Shown piece by piece: positions 25,269 through 39,800 of a stretch of DNA of 64,000 nt (positions within the stretch are counted from its first letter, which is position 1; every line of letters starts with the position of its first letter). The stretch comes from Auanema rhodensis (lineage: Eukaryota > Animalia > Nematoda): NCBI GenBank assembly GCA_964057225.1, contig OZ059898.1:19654001-19718000 (forward strand). The letters are read 5' to 3'. A model generated the notes under the pieces. It was not told where the DNA came from. It worked only from the letters and a program-made list of their open reading frames with translations, and made no database searches. Position numbers and translations under genes: made by a program.

Positions 25269-28200
25269 AAATGCACCGAGATATCAACTGATATAAGTTC
25301 ACACTTATATCCTCGATTTTCACCCTGAAGAATTAATTTTTTCGTTGAATAACATTGTCCATCGTCTTTGCCTTGAAAAAAAGAATCTAAAAACATCTTC
25401 TTTTTGCTAAATTATTTTGAAATTTTTTGAAAAAATTTTTGTCAAAATGTTTTTGGAAGCAATGTTGAGTGTACATGGAAACTCAACATACACTAATGCA
25501 TCATTTTTCAAACGATCATAACTAATTTTTGTATAAAGCGTTTCTTATTGTAGTATAGTGCATTCGATGCGGATTTTTAAGCTGCGTCGATCTGTGTTAT
25601 CAGATTTGCGCTAGCTTAAAAATGCACCGAGATATCAACTGATATAAGTTCACACTTATTTCCTCGATTTTCACCCTGAAGAATTAATTTTTTCGTTGAA
25701 TAACATTGTCCATCGTCTTTGCCTTGAAAAAAGGAATCTAAAAACATCTTCTTTTTGCTAAATTATTTTGAAATTTTTTGAAAAAATTTTTGTCAAAATG
25801 TTTTTGGAAGCAATGTTGAGTGTACATGGAAACTCAACATACACTAATGCATCATTTTTCAAACGATCATAACTAATTTTTGTATAAAGCGTTTCTTAAA
25901 GTAGTATAGTGCATTCGATGCGGATTTTTAAGCTGCGTCGATCTGTGTTATCAGATTTGCGCTAGCTTAAAAATGCACCGAGATATCAACTGATATAAGT
26001 TCACACTTATATCCTCGATTTTCACCCTGAAGAACTAATTTTTTCGTTGAAAAACATTGTCCATCGTGTTTGCCTTGAAAAAAGGAATCTAAAAACATCT
26101 TCTTTTTGCTAAATTATTTTGAAATTTTTTGAAAAAATTTTTGTCAAAATGTTTTTGGAAGCAATGTTGAGTGTACATGGAAACTCAACATACACTAATG
26201 CATCATTTTTCAAACGATCATAACTAATTTTTGTATAAAGCGTTTCTTAAAGTAGTATAGTGCATTCGATGCGGATTTTTAAGCTGCGTCGATCTGTGTT
26301 ATCAGATTTGCGCTAGCTTAAAAATGCACCGAGATATCAACTGATATAAGTTCACACTTATATCCTCGATTTTCACCCTGAAGAACTAATTTTTTCGTTG
26401 AAAAACATTGTCCATCGTGTTTGCCTTGAAAAAAGGAATCTAAAAACATCTACTTTTTGCTAAATTATTTTGAAATTTTTCGAAAAAATTTTTGTCAAAA
26501 TGTTTTTGGAAGCAATGTTGAGTGTACATGGAAACTCAACATACACTAATGCATCATTTTTCAAACGATCATAACTAATTTTTGTATAAAGCGTTTCTTA
26601 AAGTAGTATAGTGCATTCGATGCGGATTTTTAAGCTGCGTCGATCTGTGTTATCAGATTTGCGCTAGCTTAAAAATGCACCGAGATATCAACTGATATAA
26701 GTTCACACTTATATCCTCGATTTTCACCCTGAAGAACTAATTTTTTCGTTGAAAAACATTGTCCATCGTGTTTGCCTTGAAAAAAGGAATCTAAAAACAT
26801 CTACTTTTTGCTAAATTATTTTGAAATTTTTCGAAAAAATTTTTGTCAAAATGTTTTTGGAAGCAATGTTGAGTGTACATGGAAACTCAACATACACTAA
26901 TGCATCATTTTTCAAACGATCATAACTAATTTTTGTATTAAGCGTTTCTCAATGTAGTATAGTGCATTCGATGCGGATTTTTAAGCTGCGTCTATCTGTG
27001 TTATCAGATTTGCGCTAGCTTAAAAATGCACCGAGATATCAACTGATATAAGTTCACACTTATATCCTCAATTTTCACCCTGAAGAATTAATTTTTTCGT
27101 TGAATAACATTGTCCATCGTGTTTGCCTTGAAAAAAGGAATCTAAAAACATCTACTTTTTGCTAAATTATCTTGAAATTTTTCGAAAAAATTTTTGTCAA
27201 AATGTTTTTGGAAGCAATGTTGAGTGTACATGGAAACTCAACATACACTAATGCATCATTTTTCAAACGATCATAACTAATTTTTTTATTAAGCGTTTCT
27301 CAATGTAGTATAGTGCATTCGATGCGGATTTTTAAGCTGCGTCGATCTGTGTTATCAGATTTGCGCTAGCTTAAAAATGCACCGAGATATCAACTGATAT
27401 AAGTTCACACTTATATCCTCAATTTTCACCCTGAAGAATTAATTTTTTCGTTGAATAACATTGTCCATCGTGTTTGCCTTGAAAAAAGGAATCTAAAAAC
27501 ATCTTCTTTTTGCTAAATTATTTTGAAATTTTTTGAAAAAATTTTTGTCAAAATGTTTTTGGAAGCAATGTTGAGTGTACATGGAAACTCAACATACACT
27601 AATGCATCATTTTTCAAACGATCATAACTAATTTTTGTATAAAGCGTTTCTTAAAGTAGTATAGTGCATTCGATGCGGATTTTTAAGCTGCGTCGATCTG
27701 TGTTATCAGATTTGCGCTAGCTTAAAAATGCACCGAGATATCAACTGATATAAGTTCACACTTATATCCTCGATTTTCACCCTGAAGAACTAATTTTTTC
27801 GTTGAAAAACATTGTCCATCGTGTTTGCCTTGAAAAAAGGAATCTAAAAACATCTACTTTTTGCTAAATTATTTTGAAATTTTTCGAAAAAATTTTTGTC
27901 AAAATGTTTTTGGAAGCAATGTTGAGTGTACATGGAAACTCAACATACACTAATGCATCATTTTTCAAACGATCATAACTAATTTTTCTATTAAGCGTTT
28001 CTCAATGTAGTATAGTGCATTCGATGCGGATTTTTAAGCTGCGTCGATCTGTGTTATCAGATTTGCGCTAGCTTAAAAATGCACCGAGATATCAACTGAT
28101 ATAAGTTCACACTTATATCCTCAATTTTCACCCTGAAGAATTAATTTTTTCGTTGAATAACATTGTCCATCGTGTTTGCCTTGAAAAAAGGAATCTAAAA

Positions 28201-31200
28201 ACATCTACTTTTTGCTAAATTATTTTGAAATTTTTTGAAAAAATTTTTGTCAAAATGTTTTTGGAAGCAATGTTGAGTGTACATGGAAACTCAACATACA
28301 CTAATGCATCATTTTTCAAACGATCATAACTAATTTTTGTATAAAACGTTTCTCAATGTAGTATAGTGCATTCGATGCGGATTTTTAAGCTGCATCGATC
28401 TGTGTTATCAGATTTGCGTTAGCTTAAAAATGCACCGAGATATCAACTGATATAAGTTCACACTTATTTCCTCGATTTTCACCCTGAAGAATTAATTTTT
28501 TCGTTGAATAACGTTGTCCATCGTCTTTGCCTTGAAAAAAGGAATCTAAAAACATCTACTTTTTGCTAAATTATTTCGAAATTTTTCGAAAAAATTTTTG
28601 TCAAAATGTTTTTGGAAGCAATGTTGAGTGTACATGGAAACTCAACATACACTATTGCATCATTTTTCAAACGATCATAACTAATTTTTGTATTAAGCGT
28701 TTCTCAATGTAGTATAGTGCATTCGATGCGGATTTTTAAGCTGCGTCGATCTGTGTTATCAGATTTGCGCTAACTTGAAAATGCACCGAGACATCAACTG
28801 ATATAAGTTCACACTTATATCCTCGATTTTCACCCTGAAGAATTAATTTTTTCGTTGAATAACGTTGTCCATCGTCTTTGCCTTGAAAAAAGGAATCTAA
28901 AAACATCTACTTTTTGCTAAATTATTTCGAAATTTTTCGAAAAAATTTTTGTCAAAATGTTTTTGGAAGCAATGTTGAGTGTACATGGAAACTCAACATA
29001 CACTAATGCATCATTTTTCAAACGATCATAACTAATTTTTGTATTAAGCGTTTTTCAATGTAGTATAGTGCATTCGATGCGGATTTTTAAGCTGCGTCGA
29101 TCTGTGTTATCAGATTTGCGCTAGCTTAAAAATGCACCGAGACATCAACTGATATAAGTTCACACTTATATCCTCGATTTTCACCCTGAAGAATTGATTT
29201 TTTCGTTGAATAACATTGTCCATCGTCTTTGCCTTGAAAAACGAAATCTGAAAACTTCTACTTTTTGCTAAATTATTTTGAAATTTTTCGAAAAAATTTT
29301 TGTCAAAATGTTTTTGGAAGCAATGTTGAGTGTACATGGAAACTCAACATACACTAATGCATCATTTTTCAAACGATCACAACTAATTTTTGTATAAAGC
29401 GTTTCTCAATGTCGTATAGTGCATTCGATGCAGATTTGTAAGCTGCGTCGATCTGTGTTATCAGATTTGCGCTAGCTTAAAAATGCACCGAGATATCAAC
29501 TGATATAAGTTCACACTTATATCCTCGATTTTCACCCTGAAGAATTAATTTTTTCGTTGAATAACATTAGCCATCGTCTTTGCCTTATAAAAAGGAATCT
29601 AAAAACATTTACTTTTTGCTAAATTATTTTGAAATTTTTCGAAAAAATTTTTGTCAAAATGTTTTTGGAAGCAATGTTGAGTGTACATGGAAACTCAACA
29701 TACACTAATGCATCATTTTTCAAACGATCATAACTAATTTTTGTATTAAGCGTTTTTCAATGTAGTATAGTGCATTCGATGCGGATTTTTAAGCTGCGTC
29801 GATCTGTGTTATCAGATTTGCGCTAACTTGAAAATGCACCGAGACATCAACTGATATAAGTTCACACTTATATCCTCGATTTTCACCCTGAAGAATTAAT
29901 TTTTTCGTTGAATAACGTTGTCCATCGTCTTTGCCTTGAAAAAAGGAATCTAAAAACATCTACTTTTTGCTAAATTATTTCGAAATTTTTCGAAAAAATT
30001 TTTGTCAAAATGTTTTTGGAAGCAATGTTGAGTGTACATGGAAACTCAACATACACTAATGCATCATTTTTCAAACGATCATAACTAATTTTTGTATTAA
30101 GCGTTTTTCAATGTAGTATAGTGCATTCGATGCGGATTTTTAAGCTGCGTCGATCTGTGTTATCAGATTTGCGCTAGCTTAAAAATGCACCGAGACATCA
30201 ACTGATATAAGTTCACACTTATATCCTCGATTTTCACCCTGAAGAATTGATTTTTTCGTTGAATAACATTGTCCATCGTCTTTGCCTTGAAAAAAGGAAT
30301 CTAAAAACATCTACTTTTTGCTAAATTATTCTGAAATTTTTCGAAAAAATTTTTGTCAAAATGTTTTTGGAAGCAATGTTGAGTGTACATGGAAACTCAA
30401 CATACACTAATGCATCATTTTTCAAACGATCATAACTAATTTTTGTATAACGCGTTTCTCAATGTAGTATAGTGCATTCGATGCAGATTTGTAAGCTGCG
30501 TCGATCTGTGTTATCAGATTTGCGCTAGCTTAAAAATGCACCGAGACATCAACTGATATAAGTTCACACTTATATCCTCGATTTTCACCCTGAAGAAATA
30601 ATTTTTTCGTTGAATAACATTGTCCATCGTCTTTGCCTTGAAAGAAGGAATCTAAAAACATCTACTTTTTGCTAAATTATTCTGAAATTTTTCGAAAAAA
30701 TTTTTGTCAAAATGTTTTTGGAAGCAATGTTGAGTGTACATGGAAACTCAACATACACTAATGCATCATTTTTCAAACGATCATAACTAATTTCTGTATT
30801 AAGCGTTTCTCAATGTAGTATAGTGCATTCGATGCGGATTTTTAAGCTGCGTCGATCTGTGTTGTCAGATTTGTGCTAGCTTAAAAATGCACCGAGACAT
30901 CAACTGATACAAGTTCACACTTATATCCTCGATTTTCACCCTGAAGAATTAATTTTTTCGTTGAATAACATTGTCCATCGTCTTTGCCTTGAAAAAAAAA
31001 ATCTAAAAACATTTACTTTTTGCTAAATTATTTTGAAATTTTTCGAAAAAATTTTTGTCAAAATGTTTTTGGAAGCAATGTTGAGTGTACATGGAAACTC
31101 AACATACACTATTGCATCATTTTTCAAACGATCATAACTAATTTTTGTATTAAGCGTTTCTCAATGTAGTATAGTGCATTCGATGCGGATTTTTAAGCTG

Positions 31201-34200
31201 CGTCGATCTGTGTTATCAGATTTGCGCTAGCTTAAAAATGCACCGAGACATCAACTGATATAAGTTCACACTTATATCCTCGATTTTCACCCTGAAGAAT
31301 TAATTTTTTCGTTGAATAACGTTGTCCATCGTCTTTGCCTTGAAAAAAGGAATCTAAAAACATTTACTTTTTGCTAAATTATTTTGAAATTTTTCGAAAA
31401 AATTTTTGTCAAAATGTTTTTGGAAGCAATGTTGAGTGTACATGGAAACTCAACATACACTATTGCATCATTTTTCAAACGATCATAACTAATTTTTGTA
31501 TTAAGCGTTTCTCAATGTAGTATAGTGCATTCGATGCGGATTTTTAAGCTGCGTCGATCTGTGTTATCAGATTTGCGCTAGCTTAAAAATGCACCGAGAC
31601 ATCAACTGATATAAGTTCACACTTATATCCTCGATTTTCACCCTGAAGAATTAATTTTTTCGTTGAATAACGTTGTCCATCGTCTTTGCCTTGAAAAAAG
31701 GAATCTAAAAACATCTACTTTTTGCTAAATTATTTCGAAATTTTTCGAAAAAATTTTTGTCAAAATGTTTTTGGAAGCAATGTTGAGTGTACATGGAAAC
31801 TCAACATACACTAATGCATCATTTTTCAAACGATCATAACTAATTTTTGTATTAAGCGTTTTTCAATGTAGTATAGTGCATTCGATGCGGATTTTTAAGC
31901 TGCGTCGATCTGTGTTATCAGATTTGCGCTAGCTTAAAAATGCACCGAGACATCAACTGATATAAGTTCACACTTATATCCTCGATTTTCACCCTGAAGA
32001 ATTGATTTTTTCGTTGAATAACATTGTCCATCGTCTTTGCCTTGAAAAACGAAATCTGAAAACTTCTACTTTTTGCTAAATTATTTTGAAATTTTTCGAA
32101 AAAATTTTTGTCAAAATGTTTTTGGAAGCAATGTTGAGTGTACATGGAAACTCAACATACACTAATGCATCATTTTTCAAACGATCACAACTAATTTTTG
32201 TATAAAGCGTTTCTCAATGTCGTATAGTGCATTCGATGCAGATTTGTAAGCTGCGTCGATCTGTGTTATCAGATTTGCGCTAGCTTAAAAATGCACCGAG
32301 ATATCAACTGATATAAGTTCACACTTATATCCTCGATTTTCACCCTGAAGAATTAATTTTTTCGTTGAATAACATTAGCCATCGTCTTTGCCTTATAAAA
32401 AGGAATCTAAAAACATTTACTTTTTGCTAAATTATTTTGAAATTTTTCGAAAAAATTTTTGTCAAAATGTTTTTGGAAGCAATGTTGAGTGTACATGGAA
32501 ACTCAACATACACTATTGCATCATTTTTCAAACGATCATAACTAATTTTTGTATTAAGCGTTTCTCAATGTAGTATAGTGCATTCGATGCGGATTTTTAA
32601 GCTGCGTCGATCTGTGTTATCAGATTTGCGCTAACTTGAAAATGCACCGAGACATCAACTGATATAAGTTCACACTTATATCCTCGATTTTCACCCTGAA
32701 GAATTAATTTTTTCGTTGAATAACGTTGTCCATCGTCTTTGCCTTGAAAAAAGGAATCTAAAAACATCTACTTTTTGCTAAATTATTTCGAAATTTTTCG
32801 AAAAAATTTTTGTCAAAATGTTTTTGGAAGCAATGTTGAGTGTACATGGAAACTCAACATACACTAATGCATCATTTTTCAAACGATCATAACTAATTTT
32901 TGTATTAAGCGTTTTTCAATGTAGTATAGTGCATTCGATGCGGATTTTTAAGCTGCGTCGATCTGTGTTATCAGATTTGCGCTAGCTTAAAAATGCACCG
33001 AGACATCAACTGATATAAGTTCACACTTATATCCTCGATTTTCACCCTGAAGAATTGATTTTTTCGTTGAATAACATTGTCCATCGTCTTTGCCTTGAAA
33101 AACGAAATCTGAAAACTTCTACTTTTTGCTAAATTATTTTGAAATTTTTCGAAAAAATTTTTGTCAAAATGTTTTTGGAAGCAATGTTGAGTGTACATGG
33201 AAACTCAACATACACTAATGCATCATTTTTCAAACGATCACAACTAATTTTTGTATAAAGCGTTTCTCAATGTCGTATAGTGCATTCGATGCAGATTTGT
33301 AAGCTGCGTCGATCTGTGTTATCAGATTTGCGCTAGCTTAAAAATGCACCGAGATATCAACTGATATAAGTTCACACTTATATCCTCGATTTTCACCCTG
33401 AAGAATTAATTTTTTCGTTGAATAACATTAGCCATCGTCTTTGCCTTATAAAAAGGAATCTAAAAACATTTACTTTTTGCTAAATTATTTTGAAATTTTT
33501 CGAAAAAATTTTTGTCAAAATGTTTTTGGAAGCAATGTTGAGTGTACATGGAAACTCAACATACACTAATGCATCATTTTTCAAACGATCATAACTAATT
33601 TTTGTATTAAGCGTTTTTCAATGTAGTATAGTGCATTCGATGCGGATTTTTAAGCTGCGTCGATCTGTGTTATCAGATTTGCGCTAACTTGAAAATGCAC
33701 CGAGACATCAACTGATATAAGTTCACACTTATATCCTCGATTTTCACCCTGAAGAATTAATTTTTTCGTTGAATAACGTTGTCCATCGTCTTTGCCTTGA
33801 AAAAAGGAATCTAAAAACATCTACTTTTTGCTAAATTATTTCGAAATTTTTCGAAAAAATTTTTGTCAAAATGTTTTTGGAAGCAATGTTGAGTGTACAT
33901 GGAAACTCAACATACACTAATGCATCATTTTTCAAACGATCATAACTAATTTTTGTATTAAGCGTTTTTCAATGTAGTATAGTGCATTCGATGCGGATTT
34001 TTAAGCTGCGTCGATCTGTGTTATCAGAGTTGCGCTAGCTTAAAAATGCACCGAGACATCAACTGATATAAGTTCACACTTATATCCTCGATTTTCACCC
34101 TGAAGAATTTATTTTTTCGTTGAATAACATTGTCCATCGTCTTTGCCTTGAAAAAAGGAATCTAAAAACATCTACTTTTTGCTAAATTATTCTGAAATTT

Positions 34201-36851
34201 TTCGAAAAAATTTTTGTCAAAATGTTTTTGGAAGCAATGTTGAGTGTACATGGAAACTCAACATACACTAATGCATCATTTTTCAAACGATCATAACTAA
34301 TTTCTGTATTAAACGTTTCTCAATGTAGTATAGTGCATTCGATGCGGATTTTTAAGCTGCGTCGATCTGTGTTATCAGATTTGCGCTAGCTTAAAAATGC
34401 ACCGAGACATCAACTGATATAAGTTCACACTTATATCCTCGATTTTCACCCTGAAGAATTGATTTTTTCGTTGAATAACATTGTCCATCGTCTTTGCCTT
34501 GAAAAACGAAATCTGAAAACTTCTACTTTTTGCTAAATTATTTTGAAATTTTTCGAAAAAATTTTTGTCAAAATGTTTTTGGAAGCAATGTTGAGTGTAC
34601 ATGGAAACTCAACATACACTAATGCATCATTTTTCAAACGATCACAACTAATTTTTGTATAAAGCGTTTCTCAATGTCGTATAGTGCATTCGATGCAGAT
34701 TTGTAAGCTGCGTCGATCTGTGTTATCAGATTTGCGCTAGCTTAAAAATGCACCGAGATATCAACTGATATAAGTTCACACTTATATCCTCGATTTTCAC
34801 CCTGAAGAATTAATTTTTTCGTTGAATAACATTAGCCATCGTCTTTGCCTTATAAAAAGGAATCTAAAAACATTTACTTTTTGCTAAATTATTTTGAAAT
34901 TTTTCGAAAAAATTTTTGTCAAAATGTTTTTGGAAGCAATGTTGAGTGTACATGGAAACTCAACATACACTATTGCATCATTTTTCAAACGATCATAACT
35001 AATTTTTGTATTAAGCGTTTCTCAATGTCGTATAGTGCATTCGATGCAGATTTGTAAGCTGCGTCGATCTGTGTTATCAGATTTGCGCTAGCTTAAAAAT
35101 GCACCGAGATATCAACTGATATAAGTTCACACTTATATCCTCGATTTTCACCCTGAAGAATTAATTTTTTCGTTGAATAACATTAGCCATCGTCTTTGCC
35201 TTATAAAAAGGAATCTAAAAACATTTACTTTTTGCTAAATTATTTTGAAATTTTTCGAAAAAATTTTTGTCAAAATGTTTTTGGAAGCAATGTTGAGTGT
35301 ACATGGAAACTCAACATACACTAATGCATCATTTTTCAAACGATCATAACTAATTTCTGTATTAAACGTTTCTCAATGTAGTATAGTGCATTCGATGCGG
35401 ATTTTTAAGCTGCGTCGATCTGTGTTATCAGATTTGCGCTAGCTTAAAAATGCACCGAGACATCAACTGATATAAGTTCACACTTATATCCTCGATTTTC
35501 ACCCTGAAGAAATAATTTTTTCGTTGAATAACATTGTCCATCGTCTTTGCCTTGAAAAAAAAAATCTAAAAACATCTACTTTTTGCTAAATTATTTTGAA
35601 ATTTTTCGAAAAAATTTTTGTCAAAATGTTTTTGGAAGCAATGTTGAGTGTACATGGAAACTCAACATACACTAATGCATCATTTTTCAAACAATCATAA
35701 CTAATTTTTGTATTAAGCGTTTCTCAATGTAGAATAGTGCATTCGATGCAGTTTTGTAAGCTGCGTCGATCTGTTTGATCAGATTTGGGCTAGCTTAAAA
35801 ATGCACCGAGATATCAACTGATACAAGTTCACACTTATATCCTCGATTTTCACCCTGAAGAATTAATTTTTTCGTTGAATAACATTGTCCATCGTCTTTG
35901 CCTTGAAAAAAGAAATCTAAAAACATTTACTTTTTGCTAAATTATTTTGAAATTTTTCGAAAAAATTTTTGTCAAAATGTTTTTGGAAGCAATGTTGAGT
36001 GTACATGGAAACTCAACATACACTATTGCATCATTTTTCAAACGATCATAACTAATTTTTGTATTAAGCGTTTCTCAATGTAGTATAGTGCATTCGATGC
36101 GGATTTTTAAGCTGCGTCGATCTGTGTTATCAGATTTGCGCTAGCTTAAAAATGCACCGAGACATCAACTGATATAAGTTCACACTTATATCCTCGATTT
36201 TCACCCTGAAGAATTAATTTTTTCGTTGAATAACGTTGTCCATCGTCTTTGCCTTGAAAAAAGGAATCTAAAAACATCTACTTTTTGCTAAATTATTTCG
36301 AAATTTTTCGAAAAAATTTTTGTCAAAATGTTTTTGGAAGCAATGTTGAGTGTACATGGAAACTCAACATACACTAATGCATCATTTTTCAAACGATCAT
36401 AACTAATTTTTGTATTAAGCGTTTTTCAATGTAGTATAGTGCATTCGATGCGGATTTTTAAGCTGCGTCGATCTGTGTTATCAGATTTGCGCTAGCTTAA
36501 AAATGCACCGAGACATCAACTGATATAAGTTCACACTTATATCCTCGATTTTCACCCTGAAGAATTAATTTTTTCGTTGAATAACGTTGTCCATCGTCTT
36601 TGCCTTGAAAAAAGGAATCTAAAAACATCTACTTTTTGCTAAATTATTTCGAAATTTTTCGAAAAAATTTTTGTCAAAATGTTTTTGGAAGCAATGTTGA
36701 GTGTACATGGAAACTCAACATACACTAATGCATCATTTTTCAAACGATCACAACTAATTTTTGTATAAAGCGTTTCTCAATGTCGTATAGTGCATTCGAT
36801 GCAGATTTGTAAGCTGCGTCGATCTGTGTTATCAGATTTGCGCTAGCTTAA
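24567..36851. repeat. Block copy II of the super-repeat (M71-M105)
   Basis: Same marker order as 10528 onward; GAAAGAAGG at 30644 (vs 15552 and 39770). Confidence 0.8.
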
Positions 36852-39800
36852 AAATGCACCGAGATATCAACTGATATAAGTTCACACTTATATCCTCGAT
36901 TTTCACCCTGAAGAACTAATTTTTTCGTTGAAAAACATTGTCCATCGTGTTTGCCTTGAAAAAAGGAATCTAAAAACATCTACTTTTTGCTAAATTATTT
37001 TGAAATTTTTCGAAAAAATTTTTGTCAAAATGTTTTTGGAAGCAATGTTGAGTGTACATGGAAACTCAACATACACTAATGCATCATTTTTCAAACGATC
37101 ATAACTAATTTTTGTATTAAGCGTTTCTCAATGTAGTATAGTGCATTCGATGCGGATTTTTAAGCTGCGTCGATCTGTGTTATCAGATTTGCGCTAGCTT
37201 AAAAATGCACCGAGATATCAACTGATATAAGTTCACACTTATATCCTCAATTTTCACCCTGAAGAATTAATTTTTTCGTTGAATAACATTGTCCATCGTG
37301 TTTGCCTTGAAAAAAGGAATCTAAAAACATCTACTTTTTGCTAAATTATCTTGAAATTTTTCGAAAAAATTTTTGTCAAAATGTTTTTGGAAGCAATGTT
37401 GAGTGTACATGGAAACTCAACATACACTAATGCATCATTTTTCAAACGATCATAACTAATTTTTGTATTAAGCGTTTCTCAATGTAGTATAGTGCATTCG
37501 ATGCGGATTTTTAAGCTGCGTCGATCTGTGTTATCAGATTTGCGCTAGCTTAAAAATGCACCGAGATATCAACTGATATAAGTTCACACTTATATCCTCA
37601 ATTTTCACCCTGAAGAATTAATTTTTTCGTTGAATAACATTGTCCATCGTGTTTGCCTTGAAAAAAGGAATCTAAAAACATCTTCTTTTTGCTAAATTAT
37701 TTTGAAATTTTTTGAAAAAATTTTTGTCAAAATGTTTTTGGAAGCAATGTTGAGTGTACATGGAAACTCAACATACACTAATGCATCATTTTTCAAACGA
37801 TCATAACTAATTTTTGTATAAAGCGTTTCTTAAAGTAGTATAGTGCATTCGATGCGGATTTTTAAGCTGCGTCGATCTGTGTTATCAGATTTGCGCTAGC
37901 TTAAAAATGCACCGAGATATCAACTGATATAAGTTCACACTTATATCCTCGATTTTCACCCTGAAGAACTAATTTTTTCGTTGAAAAACATTGTCCATCG
38001 TGTTTGCCTTGAAAAAAGGAATCTAAAAACATCTACTTTTTGCTAAATTATTTTGAAATTTTTCGAAAAAATTTTTGTCAAAATGTTTTTGGAAGCAATG
38101 TTGAGTGTACATGGAAACTCAACATACACTAATGCATCATTTTTCAAACGATCATAACTAATTTTTCTATTAAGCGTTTCTCAATGTAGTATAGTGCATT
38201 CGATGCGGATTTTTAAGCTGCGTCGATCTGTGTTATCAGATTTGCGCTAGCTTAAAAATGCACCGAGACATCAACTGATATAAGTTCACACTTATATCCT
38301 CGATTTTCACCCTGAAGAATTGATTTTTTCGTTGAATAACATTGTCCATCGTCTTTGCCTTGAAAAACGAAATCTGAAAACTTCTACTTTTTGCTAAATT
38401 ATTTTGAAATTTTTCGAAAAAATTTTTGTCAAAATGTTTTTGGAAGCAATGTTGAGTGTACATGGAAACTCAACATACACTAATGCATCATTTTTCAAAC
38501 GATCACAACTAATTTTTGTATAAAGCGTTTCTCAATGTCGTATAGTGCATTCGATGCAGATTTGTAAGCTGCGTCGATCTGTGTTATCAGATTTGCGCTA
38601 GCTTAAAAATGCACCGAGATATCAACTGATATAAGTTCACACTTATATCCTCGATTTTCACCCTGAAGAATTAATTTTTTCGTTGAATAACATTAGCCAT
38701 CGTCTTTGCCTTATAAAAAGGAATCTAAAAACATTTACTTTTTGCTAAATTATTTTGAAATTTTTCGAAAAAATTTTTGTCAAAATGTTTTTGGAAGCAA
38801 TGTTGAGTGTACATGGAAACTCAACATACACTAATGCATCATTTTTCAAACGATCATAACTAATTTTTGTATTAAGCGTTTTTCAATGTAGTATAGTGCA
38901 TTCGATGCGGATTTTTAAGCTGCGTCGATCTGTGTTATCAGATTTGCGCTAACTTGAAAATGCACCGAGACATCAACTGATATAAGTTCACACTTATATC
39001 CTCGATTTTCACCCTGAAGAATTAATTTTTTCGTTGAATAACGTTGTCCATCGTCTTTGCCTTGAAAAAAGAAATCTAAAAACATCTACTTTTTGCTAAA
39101 TTATTTCGAAATTTTTCGAAAAAATTTTTGTCAAAATGTTTTTGGAAGCAATGTTGAGTGTACATGGAAACTCAACATACACTAATGCATCATTTTTCAA
39201 ACGATCATAACTAATTTTTGTATTAAGCGTTTTTCAATGTAGTATAGTGCATTCGATGCGGATTTTTAAGCTGCGTCGATCTGTGTTATCAGATTTGCGC
39301 TAGCTTAAAAATGCACCGAGACATCAACTGATATAAGTTCACACTTATATCCTCGATTTTCACCCTGAAGAATTGATTTTTTCGTTGAATAACATTGTCC
39401 ATCGTCTTTGCCTTGAAAAAAGGAATCTAAAAACATCTACTTTTTGCTAAATTATTCTGAAATTTTTCGAAAAAATTTTTGTCAAAATGTTTTTGGAAGC
39501 AATGTTGAGTGTACATGGAAACTCAACATACACTAATGCATCATTTTTCAAACGATCATAACTAATTTTTGTATAACGCGTTTCTCAATGTAGTATAGTG
39601 CATTCGATGCAGATTTGTAAGCTGCGTCGATCTGTGTTATCAGATTTGCGCTAGCTTAAAAATGCACCGAGACATCAACTGATATAAGTTCACACTTATA
39701 TCCTCGATTTTCACCCTGAAGAAATAATTTTTTCGTTGAATAACATTGTCCATCGTCTTTGCCTTGAAAGAAGGAATCTAAAAACATCTACTTTTTGCTA

